Shown here: positions 1 to 6,824 of the stretch, in pieces
How positions within the stretch are numbered: the first letter of the stretch is position 1
How the letters are laid out: every line of letters starts with the position of its first letter
NCBI GenBank assembly: GCA_964369095.1
Contig: CAYJDV010000002.1
Span: forward strand, 1-39,207
Direction: 5' to 3'
Origin: an uncultured Candidatus Saccharibacteria bacterium
GTDB taxonomy: Bacteria; Patescibacteriota; Minisyncoccia; Phycocordibacterales; UBA9973
DNA length: 39,207 nt
The notes under the pieces: generated by a model
The model's database searches: none
The model's input: the letters and a program-made list of their open reading frames with translations, nothing else
Told to the model about the DNA's origin: nothing
Position numbers and translations under genes: made by a program

Positions 1-52
1 GAGAAGAAATAAAGAAAGCTAGTCAAGATGGTAAAACAAAACTCCAATTCCC
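1..52. repeat. 52-bp exact copy of the window end (39156-39207); circular-closure overlap
   Basis: Read directly: gagaagaaataaagaaagctagtcaagatggtaaaacaaaactccaattccc is present at both window ends. Unique length is therefore 39155 bp. Confidence 0.95.
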
Positions 53-731
53 TACTGGAGAGACAGCTATGAAGATAGAGGGGTTGGGTAGTCAAAGCGA
101 CTGGGTTGCAGTAGATTTTTCTCAATACAATACACCGCAAAGAATAGTAAATCGTACAACACTAAAACCAGACACTCTAAAGGTTGGTATGGATATTCAG
201 CAAGGTGGTGTAACTGGTGGTGGTCAAAGATGGATAATCACCGATGTCCTCGGAGATGGGAAGTTTAAGGCTGTGCCGAAAGACAACATTATTGGATGGA
301 GTAGTGAAAAAGAGCTGTATGAACAACTTGATAATTCAAAGAATTTCAGCGAAGTAAAAGGTAATAAATACTTAGAAGATGTGATGGATGATATTTTTGA
401 CAGAAAAATGGAAGCTGACGACCTGTTTGCGAAATACGACTACGACAAAGTATCAGACGAGCTACAAAATCAATATGTAAAAACAATAAAAGATAACCAC
501 AAAGAAGCTTTCGACATCTCAGGTAAGGTAGACACTAACAACCCCATATATAAGTTCTACGAAAAAGAAATGCAGAAATACCTAAATAAATTTGGAGGTA
601 CAAAAGTAGTAGACGATAAGGGTGTAAGTTGGATAGAGGTACAAATTAAAAAAGAATGGGCAAAAATGCCCGTGGAGGCGTTTGCTATAATTGGAGCAGT
701 TGGGCTAGCTTCCCAAAATAATAACAAATAA
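1..731 (+). CDS. C-terminal segment of the ~1320-aa giant virion protein (continues 35924..39155 across the circular junction)
   Basis: The frame of the ORF opening at 35924 maps through the 52-bp overlap onto the frame of track ORF 69..731. My codon-by-codon reading found no stop from 35924 to the TAA at 729-731. Confidence 0.85.
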   Translation, partial: EEIKKASQDGKTKLQFPTGETAMKIEGLGSQSDWVAVDFSQYNTPQRIVNRTTLKPDTLKVGMDIQQGGVTGGGQRWIITDVLGDGKFKAVPKDNIIGWSSEKELYEQLDNSKNFSEVKGNKYLEDVMDDIFDRKMEADDLFAKYDYDKVSDELQNQYVKTIKDNHKEAFDISGKVDTNNPIYKFYEKEMQKYLNKFGGTKVVDDKGVSWIEVQIKKEWAKMPVEAFAIIGAVGLASQNNNK

Positions 732-735
732 TAAT

Positions 736-2715
736 ATGGGAAAATTCATAATAAGTAAAAACCAACAAGCAGTTCCAGGTCTCCCAATAGGGAAGATTAA
801 CAACCACGAACTAAGAATCAAAGCACTAGAAACTGGTGGTGGTGGCGGTTCTTCTACATTCTTGGGACTTACAGATACACCATCTTCTTACACAGGTCAA
901 GCCCTAAAAGTTATACAAGTAAACGCAGGAGAATCAGCACTGGAATTTATCACTCTATCAGGTGGTGGAGACGCTCTCGTTGCTAACCCTCTTTCACAAT
1001 TCGCTTCAACAACTTCAGCACAGCTTGCAGGGGTTATTTCTGATGAAACAGGAACAGGAGATTTAGTTTTTGCGACATCGCCAACACTTATAACTCCAAA
1101 CATTGGCTCTGCGACAGGTACAGGACTTCTTCTTTCAGGACTTACAGCCTCACGAGTGGTTGTAACAGACGGGTCAAAAAACCTTTCATCGTCTTCAGTA
1201 ACAACAACAACACTTGGATTTTTAGACGCAACTTCATCTATTCAAACACAATTAGACGCTAAAGCTCCGAAAGCCTCACCTACATTCACAGGAATAGTAA
1301 CAGTACCCGCAGATGATTTCACAGTTGGGGCTTCTGTTCCGTTTAGTGATTTAGCAGGTGTACTAACACTTCAAAAGATTGATGCTCTTGACGTGGTAAC
1401 AGAGACAACTATTGAAAATGCCATCGACACACTTCCAAACCTTACTTCAGTTCAAGGAAAAACATTAACGCTTGCGGGAAACTTTATAACGTCTGGTGCA
1501 AACTCTATAACTCTTACCACAACAGGAGCGACAAACGTAACTTTGCCTACAACAGGAACACTTTCAACATTAGCTGGCTCTGAAACGCTAACAAACAAGG
1601 TAATCAATGGTTCAAACAACACGATAACAAATGTGTCTTTGGCTACTGGAGTAACAAGTAATTTACCCGTAACAAATCTTAACTCTGGTACTTCAGCGTC
1701 ATCTTCAACATTTTGGAGAGGGGACGGAACTTGGGCTACTCCTTCTGGAAGCTCGGTTACTATTGGTTCTGCAAAACAAATACCTTTTGTAAATGCAACT
1801 AACAATGACTTTGATTATGATTCTGGCTTTACTTACGACACTTCAACTGATGAAGTCAAAACGTTTGTAATAAGAGCAAACACGGGTTCAACATTTAATC
1901 TTAGGGCTGAGGGTGGTACTGATTTAATCAGGTTAGCGGTTGGGGAGACTCTTGTTTTTCCCACATTTGGAACAGGTCTTTTACACTTAGATAGTGGAGG
2001 AAATGCAACTTCAAGTGCTGTTAATTTAGCGTCCGCAGACGTAACAGGTATTCTTACTGGAACAAATGGCGGTACAGGAATAAACAATGGTTCTAACACA
2101 ATAACTTTGGGAGGAGACCTTACAACTTCAGGTGCAAACGCTCTAACTCTAACTACTACAGGAGCGACAAACGTAACACTTCCAACAACAGGAACGCTGG
2201 TAAATGATGCCGTAACCTCACTTTCATCTTTAAATACAGTTGACACAAGCTTAACTGGTCCATTACGAGCAGATGCAGGAGTTCTGTCATCGGGCTTTGA
2301 GGCATTTGTTTCAACATTTTCAACAACCTCAACGTCTTATGTAGATATTACAGGACTTAATAAAACACTTGCAATTAACAAGAAATATGTTTTCTCAATA
2401 ACAGGTCAATGGACATCAAACCACTCTTCAGGACAAGCTTCTATTGGTCTCACACTTCCAACTGGTGCAACGTTTACAATGACACGTTTAATGGGGCGTA
2501 CTTCTTCTGCTGTAAACTCAGTGATGCAATCTTCAAACGACCAATCTCAAATGGAGCCTATTGCCACAGCAAACGCAATCAGAACAGTTCAAATAACTGG
2601 AATAATCGTTATGGGGGGAACAGCTGGAGACGTTCAATTTAGACTTGTTTCAAACAACGCTTCATATACAGCAACAGCTCAAAATATGTATTTAACAGGA
2701 CACGTACTTAACTAA
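736..2715 (+). CDS. Tail fibre / receptor-binding protein, Ser/Thr/Gly-rich (659 aa)
   Basis: Lies between the giant virion protein and the lysis cassette. Low-complexity T/S/G-rich sequence with a fibre-like motif ([25 protein letters not shown]), an internal 34-codon duplication, and a C-terminus paralogous to 32014..33120. Confidence 0.65.
   Translation: MGKFIISKNQQAVPGLPIGKINNHELRIKALETGGGGGSSTFLGLTDTPSSYTGQALKVIQVNAGESALEFITLSGGGDALVANPLSQFASTTSAQLAGVISDETGTGDLVFATSPTLITPNIGSATGTGLLLSGLTASRVVVTDGSKNLSSSSVTTTTLGFLDATSSIQTQLDAKAPKASPTFTGIVTVPADDFTVGASVPFSDLAGVLTLQKIDALDVVTETTIENAIDTLPNLTSVQGKTLTLAGNFITSGANSITLTTTGATNVTLPTTGTLSTLAGSETLTNKVINGSNNTITNVSLATGVTSNLPVTNLNSGTSASSSTFWRGDGTWATPSGSSVTIGSAKQIPFVNATNNDFDYDSGFTYDTSTDEVKTFVIRANTGSTFNLRAEGGTDLIRLAVGETLVFPTFGTGLLHLDSGGNATSSAVNLASADVTGILTGTNGGTGINNGSNTITLGGDLTTSGANALTLTTTGATNVTLPTTGTLVNDAVTSLSSLNTVDTSLTGPLRADAGVLSSGFEAFVSTFSTTSTSYVDITGLNKTLAINKKYVFSITGQWTSNHSSGQASIGLTLPTGATFTMTRLMGRTSSAVNSVMQSSNDQSQMEPIATANAIRTVQITGIIVMGGTAGDVQFRLVSNNASYTATAQNMYLTGHVLN
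1462..1563 (+). repeat. Intragenic 34-codon repeat, copy 1 ([34 protein letters not shown])
   Basis: Imperfect direct repeat of 2098..2199. The two copies share an identical 20-mer, acaggagcgacaaacgtaac (1522-1541 = 2158-2177). Confidence 0.9.
2098..2199 (+). repeat. Intragenic 34-codon repeat, copy 2 ([34 protein letters not shown])
   Basis: See copy 1. Confidence 0.9.
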
Positions 2716-2723
2716 TTAATTAT

Positions 2724-2891
2724 ATGGAATATCACATTGCACAAATATTAGAAAATAGAAACGATAGAGGAAGAGTAAAAGTATTAGAGGTCGGTGCTAA
2801 TACTATTGTTCTTTCGTCGGGTGAATTTACTGATGAAGTATTGGGAATATTTGGTTTTAGCGAAATAGAAAGGGATTATATAATTATTTAA
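2724..2891 (+). CDS. Hypothetical small protein (55 aa; below the track cutoff)
   Basis: ATG at 2724 and TAA at 2889-2891, translated by hand (MEYHIAQILENRNDRGRVKVLEV...). It fills the gap between the fibre and holin genes. Confidence 0.4.
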   Translation: MEYHIAQILENRNDRGRVKVLEVGANTIVLSSGEFTDEVLGIFGFSEIERDYIII

Positions 2892-2895
2892 AGTT

Positions 2896-3333
2896 ATGGA
2901 TAAGATAGAAATTACAGGACAATATATAACAAACGCATGCAGTAATTTTATTATTAAGTGTGTTGGTGTACTTTCCTTATATCTTATTCAATTTTCTTTT
3001 GGGGATATATCTCACATGGTTCTATCTGCCCTGTTTATGTTAATCCTGATAGATTTTTTGACAGGTATTTGGGCTTCAAAAATGGTTGGCGAAGAAATTA
3101 AATCTGCAAAAATATTTAGAACAGCATGGAAATTTGCACTATATTTTATAGTTGTATCATCTGGTCATTTTACAGAGGTTGTTGTTGGCTCTAATATGTT
3201 CTTAGATGAGACGATTATGGGATTTCTTGCCCTAACAGAATTATATTCAATTTTTGAAAACATGAAAAAGGCTGGATATGAGACACCGACAGAACTACTA
3301 AAAAATATAAGCAGTTTGATTAAGAAAAAATAA
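2896..3333 (+). CDS. Holin (Phage_holin_4_1 / toxin secretion-phage lysis holin-like)
   Basis: Four hydrophobic segments. The family-like signature LILIDFLTGIWASK ... LTELYSIFENMKKAGYETP is present. The gene sits immediately upstream of a lysin-like gene. Confidence 0.75.
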   Translation: MDKIEITGQYITNACSNFIIKCVGVLSLYLIQFSFGDISHMVLSALFMLILIDFLTGIWASKMVGEEIKSAKIFRTAWKFALYFIVVSSGHFTEVVVGSNMFLDETIMGFLALTELYSIFENMKKAGYETPTELLKNISSLIKKK

Positions 3334-4235
3334 TGAAAGTCCTACTAATCGTCAACAATCAAAAATGGAAGACTTGGAACTCAAAAATCCAAACCCTGAA
3401 AGATTGGTTCAAACCAGCCGTAGATTTAGAATTTACTTTAAGCCATGTTGATTTTAAAAAGATTCCATTTGTCCCAGTAGATAACGGAAAAGAAATCGAC
3501 CCAAAGTGGTACAACGAAAACATTCTTCCATTGGCTGGCGGTTATGACGTTGTAATGTTCTCTGTTCCACTTAAACAATGGAAAGGGGAAAAGATACGAG
3601 GTCGCTGGACACGTGGAGACATTCAAAAGATACAACTCGGTGCAGATGAATCAGGAACTTATGAATATAACAAAATAAAACATGAAGGAGGTCGTTGGTT
3701 TAATATTGCACGTCATGAACTATGCCACGCTATATCTGCGATACTTAAAATACAGGATAGAACGCATTATTGGTGGGAACTCGGAAACCTAGAACAAATA
3801 TTAAATGAATTTAAAGTCAAGAAAACTCCACCAATCGTTCTAATAGAAAGAAACACTAAAACAAAAAACCAAACTACTGGAAACTTAACGGCTATAAATG
3901 AGGGTGCCACATTCACGTGTAAAACTCTCGAATTAGCTGATAAGAATAACCAACAGAATATATCTTGTATTCCGTCTGGTGTATACAAAGTAGTATGGTC
4001 GTTTTCGCCGAGGTTTATGAAGTTTACTTATGAGATAACGGGTGTTAAAAATAGGAGTGGTATTAGGGTTCATTCTGGTAATTTCTTCACACAAATTAAT
4101 GGCTGTATCCTTTTAGGGAATAACTTAGTAGACATAAACGGAGACAAAGAGTTAGACGTTATCAATAGTCAAAAGACTATCGAATTATTCAATAATTTTA
4201 TGGGTAAAAAAGAATTTACTCTAATAATAAAATGA
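3333..4235 (+). CDS. Putative endolysin: N-terminal HExxH (RHELCHA) domain plus C-terminal DUF5675-like domain
   Basis: Start overlaps the holin stop. HELCH motif is present. The C-terminal pattern CKTLE...IPSGVYKV...SGIRVHSGNFFTQINGCILLG matches my recollection of DUF5675. Confidence 0.55.
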   Translation: MKVLLIVNNQKWKTWNSKIQTLKDWFKPAVDLEFTLSHVDFKKIPFVPVDNGKEIDPKWYNENILPLAGGYDVVMFSVPLKQWKGEKIRGRWTRGDIQKIQLGADESGTYEYNKIKHEGGRWFNIARHELCHAISAILKIQDRTHYWWELGNLEQILNEFKVKKTPPIVLIERNTKTKNQTTGNLTAINEGATFTCKTLELADKNNQQNISCIPSGVYKVVWSFSPRFMKFTYEITGVKNRSGIRVHSGNFFTQINGCILLGNNLVDINGDKELDVINSQKTIELFNNFMGKKEFTLIIK

Positions 4236-4414
4236 CAAAAAAAGTAACAAAGAAATGGTATCAAAGTAGAACAATCCAATTCGCAATTCTGACAGCAATC
4301 TTAACTGTTTTAATGGCGATTCAACAAGAAAACCCAGACATTGGATTCCTCGGTGTTTTGATTTCTCTAATCAACACACTACTTAGATTAGACACTTCAG
4401 AAACAATAAAGTAA
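4232..4414 (+). CDS. Small membrane protein (60 aa, two hydrophobic helices); lysis accessory candidate
   Basis: ATGA overlap with the lysin gene. Hydrophobic stretches TIQFAILTAILTVLMAI and IGFLGVLISLINTLL. Confidence 0.5.
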   Translation: MTKKVTKKWYQSRTIQFAILTAILTVLMAIQQENPDIGFLGVLISLINTLLRLDTSETIK

Positions 4415-4420
4415 TCCACA
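4412..4420 (+). promoter_or_regulatory. DnaA-box-like 9-mer TAATCCACA (1 mismatch), extends to TCCACAG
   Basis: Begins with the stop codon of 4232..4414. The TCCACAG end lies 29 nt upstream of the -10 at 4451. Confidence 0.5.
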
Positions 4421-4447
4421 GGTCAAGGGCTTTTCAGGTGTTCTGTT

Positions 4448-4456
4448 TGGTATAAT
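4448..4456 (+). promoter_or_regulatory. Extended -10 promoter element TGgTATAAT
   Basis: Read directly. It lies about 100 nt upstream of the ATG at 4557. Confidence 0.55.
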
Positions 4457-4470
4457 AGAAACGAGGTAAG

Positions 4471-4552
4471 GAGATTGGTGTGGGGTGGTCGATACCCTCG
4501 CCAACCTCTTTATCTCACACAGTTAAAAGTTTCTACGTAGCATAAACGTAGA
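4471..4552 (+). promoter_or_regulatory. Structured 5' leader of the transglycosylase gene (two hairpins)
   Basis: Hairpin 1 pairs 4471-4480 with 4499-4508, plus an inner helix ggg(t)/(a)ccc. Hairpin 2 pairs tctacgt (4532-4538) with acgtaga (4546-4552). It ends 4 nt before the ATG, and no SD is visible. Confidence 0.45.
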
Positions 4553-4556
4553 CCAA

Positions 4557-4964
4557 ATGGATTATAAATTAAAGTGGATATTGTTAATTGCCTTACTCGC
4601 AAGTATCCCCTTAAAAGCAATAGCAGAACCAAACGAGAGTATAACCCCTATCGTAGAAGTTATGCCTATCGACCCGTTATTTGAGAAAATAGCGTGGTGC
4701 GAATCTAAACACGTTTTAGACGCACAAAACTCTTATACTACCGCTGGTGGTGAGTTTCAATTTCTAGATGGAACTTGGAAATACTACGGGCAAAAGTATT
4801 GGGGCGAAGACTGGGTGAGTAAAGATAAATACTCACTCGATAATAGAGAACTAGCGTGGTATGTCTACACCCACTATGGTTCAGGCGATTGGGAAGCAGA
4901 CCCCAAATCACTTAACTGTTGGAAAGTAGAAATACCAAACGCAACCCATCGAAATATTTACTAA
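4557..4964 (+). CDS. Secreted Rpf-like (transglycosylase-like domain) muralytic protein
   Basis: N-terminal signal-peptide-like sequence (WILLIALLASIPLKAIA). IAWCESKHVLDAQNSYTTAGGEFQFLDGTW matches the AqCES...GglQF...TW transglycosylase-like signature. Confidence 0.7.
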   Translation: MDYKLKWILLIALLASIPLKAIAEPNESITPIVEVMPIDPLFEKIAWCESKHVLDAQNSYTTAGGEFQFLDGTWKYYGQKYWGEDWVSKDKYSLDNRELAWYVYTHYGSGDWEADPKSLNCWKVEIPNATHRNIY

Positions 4965-4969
4965 CAAAC

Positions 4970-4978
4970 TTATCCACA
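4970..4978 (+). promoter_or_regulatory. Perfect DnaA-box 9-mer TTATCCACA (inside a terminator stem)
   Basis: Read directly. Confidence 0.45.
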
Positions 4979-5000
4979 AGCGATTGTGGATTTTTGTTTT
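4972..5000 (+). terminator. Intrinsic terminator
   Basis: The 8-bp stem atccacaa/ttgtggat has a GCGA (GNRA) loop and is followed by ttttgtttt. Confidence 0.8.
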
Positions 5001-5011
5001 ATAATAAATAA

Positions 5012-5224
5012 ATGATTAACGGAAGCGAAATAATTAAACTACTAAATATAAACCGACAACAATTAAACTATTTAGTTTTTAATGATTTTATAATTCCCAA
5101 AATAAAAAGAAACTCAGTCCTGTCAGATTTATTTGATGAAAAAGATATTGAGATATTTACAAACAATAAAAGAAAATTCAGGAATAATTTATTAGCATTA
5201 GAAATAGAAAACGAATGGCGATAA
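5012..5224 (+). CDS. Hypothetical small protein, possible HTH DNA-binding (70 aa)
   Basis: Track ORF. The N-terminal SEIIKLLNINRQQLNYLV looks like an HTH, but this is a weak guess. Confidence 0.45.
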   Translation: MINGSEIIKLLNINRQQLNYLVFNDFIIPKIKRNSVLSDLFDEKDIEIFTNNKRKFRNNLLALEIENEWR

Positions 5225-5391
5225 GACCGATAAAATGTTTTGCAGTAATTAAAAACAATAAACTAGACGCATTTGAAATCTACAAAGACAAGGAAGTTGT
5301 TTTAAGCAAGGGTGAGACTTTTGTAAATGTTATAATTAGTGTTAATGAAAAAAACTTCGTTAAGAAGAAAATCAAAAAGTCCAATCGCTAA
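5215..5391 (+). CDS. Hypothetical small protein (58 aa), uncertain
   Basis: Hand-translated ORF (MAIRPIKCFAVIKNNKLDAFEIY...). It fills the 5225-5344 gap but overlaps the next gene by 47 nt. Confidence 0.3.
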   Translation: MAIRPIKCFAVIKNNKLDAFEIYKDKEVVLSKGETFVNVIISVNEKNFVKKKIKKSNR

Positions 5392-5803
5392 ACTACAACA
5401 AAAGCTAGTAGAACTTTCCCACACATACATAAGAGAAAGAGATAGCGTTATGGTTGGCGGGATTGCTGGTTATTGTTTTGACTGTGGGAATTTTGCAGAG
5501 GGTAGACATTTTCAAGCGGGACACTTTGTTCCAGACGCTTCAGGTGGTGCGATTTTAAGATACCACCCACACAATATGCACGGACAGGCAAGCGGTTGCA
5601 ATATGAAACAGGTTCAGGAAAGAGTAAAAATAAATTACACAATTAAAATGCAGGAAAAATATGGCATTGATTATTTTAACTTCCTACTCTCACTTAGGAA
5701 TAAAACAATTAAAGCAGATGAGATTTTCTATAACAAAATGATAGAACTTTACGAGAAAAAAGACGAAGACGCTATTGTGGAGTACTTACATTCCTTAGCG
5801 TAG
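5345..5803 (+). CDS. ninG: NinG-like recombination/nuclease protein
   Basis: CFDCGN...QAGHFVP...LRYHPHNMHGQASGCN matches the lambda NinG pattern (C..CG...qaGH...Rf...N.h.QC..CN). I prefer the ATG at 5345 over the track's GTG at 5339. Confidence 0.65.
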   Translation: MKKTSLRRKSKSPIAKLQQKLVELSHTYIRERDSVMVGGIAGYCFDCGNFAEGRHFQAGHFVPDASGGAILRYHPHNMHGQASGCNMKQVQERVKINYTIKMQEKYGIDYFNFLLSLRNKTIKADEIFYNKMIELYEKKDEDAIVEYLHSLA

Positions 5804-5885
5804 CTTTGGAACATACCTACAACGCCCCACAATGCGTTTTAAAGGGGTCAAAATAGCCTAATGTAGACTTTCCTGTAAAAAGGAG

Positions 5886-5911
5886 AAAACCCCTATAAAC
5901 GGGGTTTTTTA
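5886..5911 (+). terminator. Intrinsic terminator
   Basis: The stem aaaacccc/ggggtttt has a tataaac loop and is followed by a T-run. Confidence 0.8.
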
Positions 5912-5981
5912 TTGTCGGTTGTATCAAAATGGAGACAGCTTCATTACGCTGTTGAGAGGAAACCCCTCAATTATTATTATA

Positions 5982-6045
5982 ACACAAAATTAAAAAAGCC
6001 ATCAACCCACACTCTTGCAAAATCGGGCGAACCCATAGTGTGTTA
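5982..6045 (-). terminator. Intrinsic terminator of the minus-strand unit
   Basis: On the minus strand, catcaac...gttgatg and acacact/agtgtgg helices enclose a ggg-UUCG-ccc tip. The structure is followed by gcttttttaatttt. Confidence 0.6.
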
Positions 6046-6125
6046 ATAGTTGATGACTTAGCTAGTTCAGATAATGCTGATACACATATCACAAAAAGAT
6101 GCTAACTACAGAGCTTTCTGGTGTA

Positions 6126-6151
6126 GAATCGTTAGTCGCAAGACACGATTC
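6126..6151 (-). repeat. Conserved hairpin copy A (contains GTCGCAAGAC, 6135-6144)
   Basis: Outer stem gaatcg/cgattc, inner stem gtc/gac, 4-nt loop. The same 10-mer and the same architecture recur at 6749-6771. This copy is immediately 3' of the HNH gene on the minus strand. Confidence 0.7.
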
Positions 6152-6162
6152 GAATTATTTTA

Positions 6163-6555
6163 TTATACCATATTGTGGGGACATTTTCCACCATTTCTAA
6201 ATTTAGCTATATTGCAGTTGTAACACAATATTTGAAAATTATTTTTAGGAAAATTATTATCTCTCAACCATTTGTAAATATTTTGTTTAATAGAATCTCT
6301 ATGGATTTTGCCATCATTATTTATATGGTCTATGGTCAACGCCTCCTTCATTGTCTCACCGCAACAAACACAAATGTTACCGTATTTTTGAAATACTATT
6401 TGTTTTAATGGAATATCATATTCATTTTGAACCCCATGAACACAATTTTTACATTGAGCATGAAGTTTTTTTCCACCCCTTCTTAGTTTGTTGAAATGAT
6501 TTATTGGCTTAAATTCATTACACCTTGTACAAAATTTTTTACCATCTTTAACCAC
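6163..6555 (-). CDS. HNH endonuclease
   Basis: CxxC pairs plus LTIDHINNDGKIHRD...LCYNCNIAKF (H-N-H core). The track start is GTG. See the in-frame upstream extension 6556..6711. Confidence 0.8.
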   Translation of the reverse strand: MVKDGKKFCTRCNEFKPINHFNKLRRGGKKLHAQCKNCVHGVQNEYDIPLKQIVFQKYGNICVCCGETMKEALTIDHINNDGKIHRDSIKQNIYKWLRDNNFPKNNFQILCYNCNIAKFRNGGKCPHNMV

Positions 6556-6711
6556 AGATTTTATTAAAAACCTTGAATAACAATAATGTGAACAAAAAAA
6601 ATTACCAGATATGTTTTTATTTATTTGACTTAAGGTAACATACTTTGGTTTACTACATATTTTACATTTTTTTATTTTTCCATTTTTTGTTATGCAATAA
6701 TCATATCACAT
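6556..6711 (-). pseudogene. In-frame Cys-rich 5' extension of the HNH ORF, cut off by TGA at codon 2 (ATG-TGA)
   Basis: On the minus strand, AGGAGA-N10-ATG (6711-6709) is followed by TGA (6708-6706). Then come 50 sense codons (YDYCITKNGKIKKCKICSKP...CSHYCYSRFLIKS) in frame with the GTG at 6555, with no internal ATG, GTG or TTG. Confidence 0.4.
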
Positions 6712-6748
6712 TTTATTCTATTCTCCTAGCTATGACCACTTGATATAG

Positions 6749-6771
6749 TTTCCCTTGTCGCAAGACGGAAA
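6749..6771 (-). repeat. Conserved hairpin copy B (contains GTCGCAAGAC, 6757-6766)
   Basis: Outer stem tttcc/ggaaa and inner stem gtc/gac. It lies in the 5' UTR of the HNH cassette on the minus strand. Confidence 0.7.
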
Positions 6772-6782
6772 ACGTAATGTAA

Positions 6783-6794
6783 ATATTATACACT
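6783..6794 (-). promoter_or_regulatory. Promoter -10 block AGTGTATAATAT (minus strand)
   Basis: The reverse complement of 6783-6794 equals the 12-mer at 8161-8172. The TATAAT hexamer corresponds to 6790-6785. Confidence 0.5.
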
Positions 6795-6819
6795 AAAACC
6801 CCCACTTTAGGCAGGGGTT
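6795..6819 (-). terminator. Weak intrinsic terminator after the metallophosphoesterase gene
   Basis: On the minus strand, aacccc-N11-ggggtt is followed by tt. Confidence 0.4.
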
Positions 6820-6824
6820 AGAGT

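Larger units (their letters stand above)
6126..6771 (-). mobile_element. Putative mobile HNH endonuclease cassette bracketed by hairpin repeats
   Basis: The HNH ORF is flanked by the two conserved hairpins. A sampled 60-nt line is about 20% GC, against about 48% in the neighbouring gene. It has the only strong SD seen in this part of the genome (AGGAGA). Confidence 0.35.

Noticed and set aside
1-52. Interpreting the 52-bp end repeat as T7-like physical direct terminal repeats
   Set aside because: The repeat lies inside the 1320-aa ORF, and the reading frame is continuous across it. Physical ends here would split the gene. It is more consistent with an assembly closure overlap, although read data are needed to be sure.
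1462-2199. Possibility that the fibre repeats are a DGR template/variable repeat pair
   Set aside because: No reverse transcriptase is present anywhere in the genome. Both copies are in frame within the same gene, and their differences are not restricted to adenine positions.
897-2246. Minus-strand ORFs 897..1103, 1452..1805 and 1833..2246 inside the fibre gene
   Set aside because: They lie entirely within a long, well-supported + strand CDS. These are typical antisense shadow ORFs of a low-complexity, T/S/G-rich gene.
6126-6160. tRNA-like TTCGAAT sequence (cgattcgaatt) and a general search for tRNA genes
   Set aside because: There is no flanking T-stem complementarity or cloverleaf. The segment is the 3' arm of the conserved hairpin. 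No other GTTCRANYC-type T-loop in a hairpin context was noticed, so no tRNA is called. This was a scan by eye only, and tRNAscan-SE should confirm it.
6706-6708. Genome-wide TGA reassignment (genetic code 4 or 25) suggested by the in-frame TGA in the HNH gene
   Set aside because: TGA ends several ORFs in classic ATGA stop-start overlaps (4232, 8706, 10537, 13026 and 18754). All long genes are intact under the standard code.
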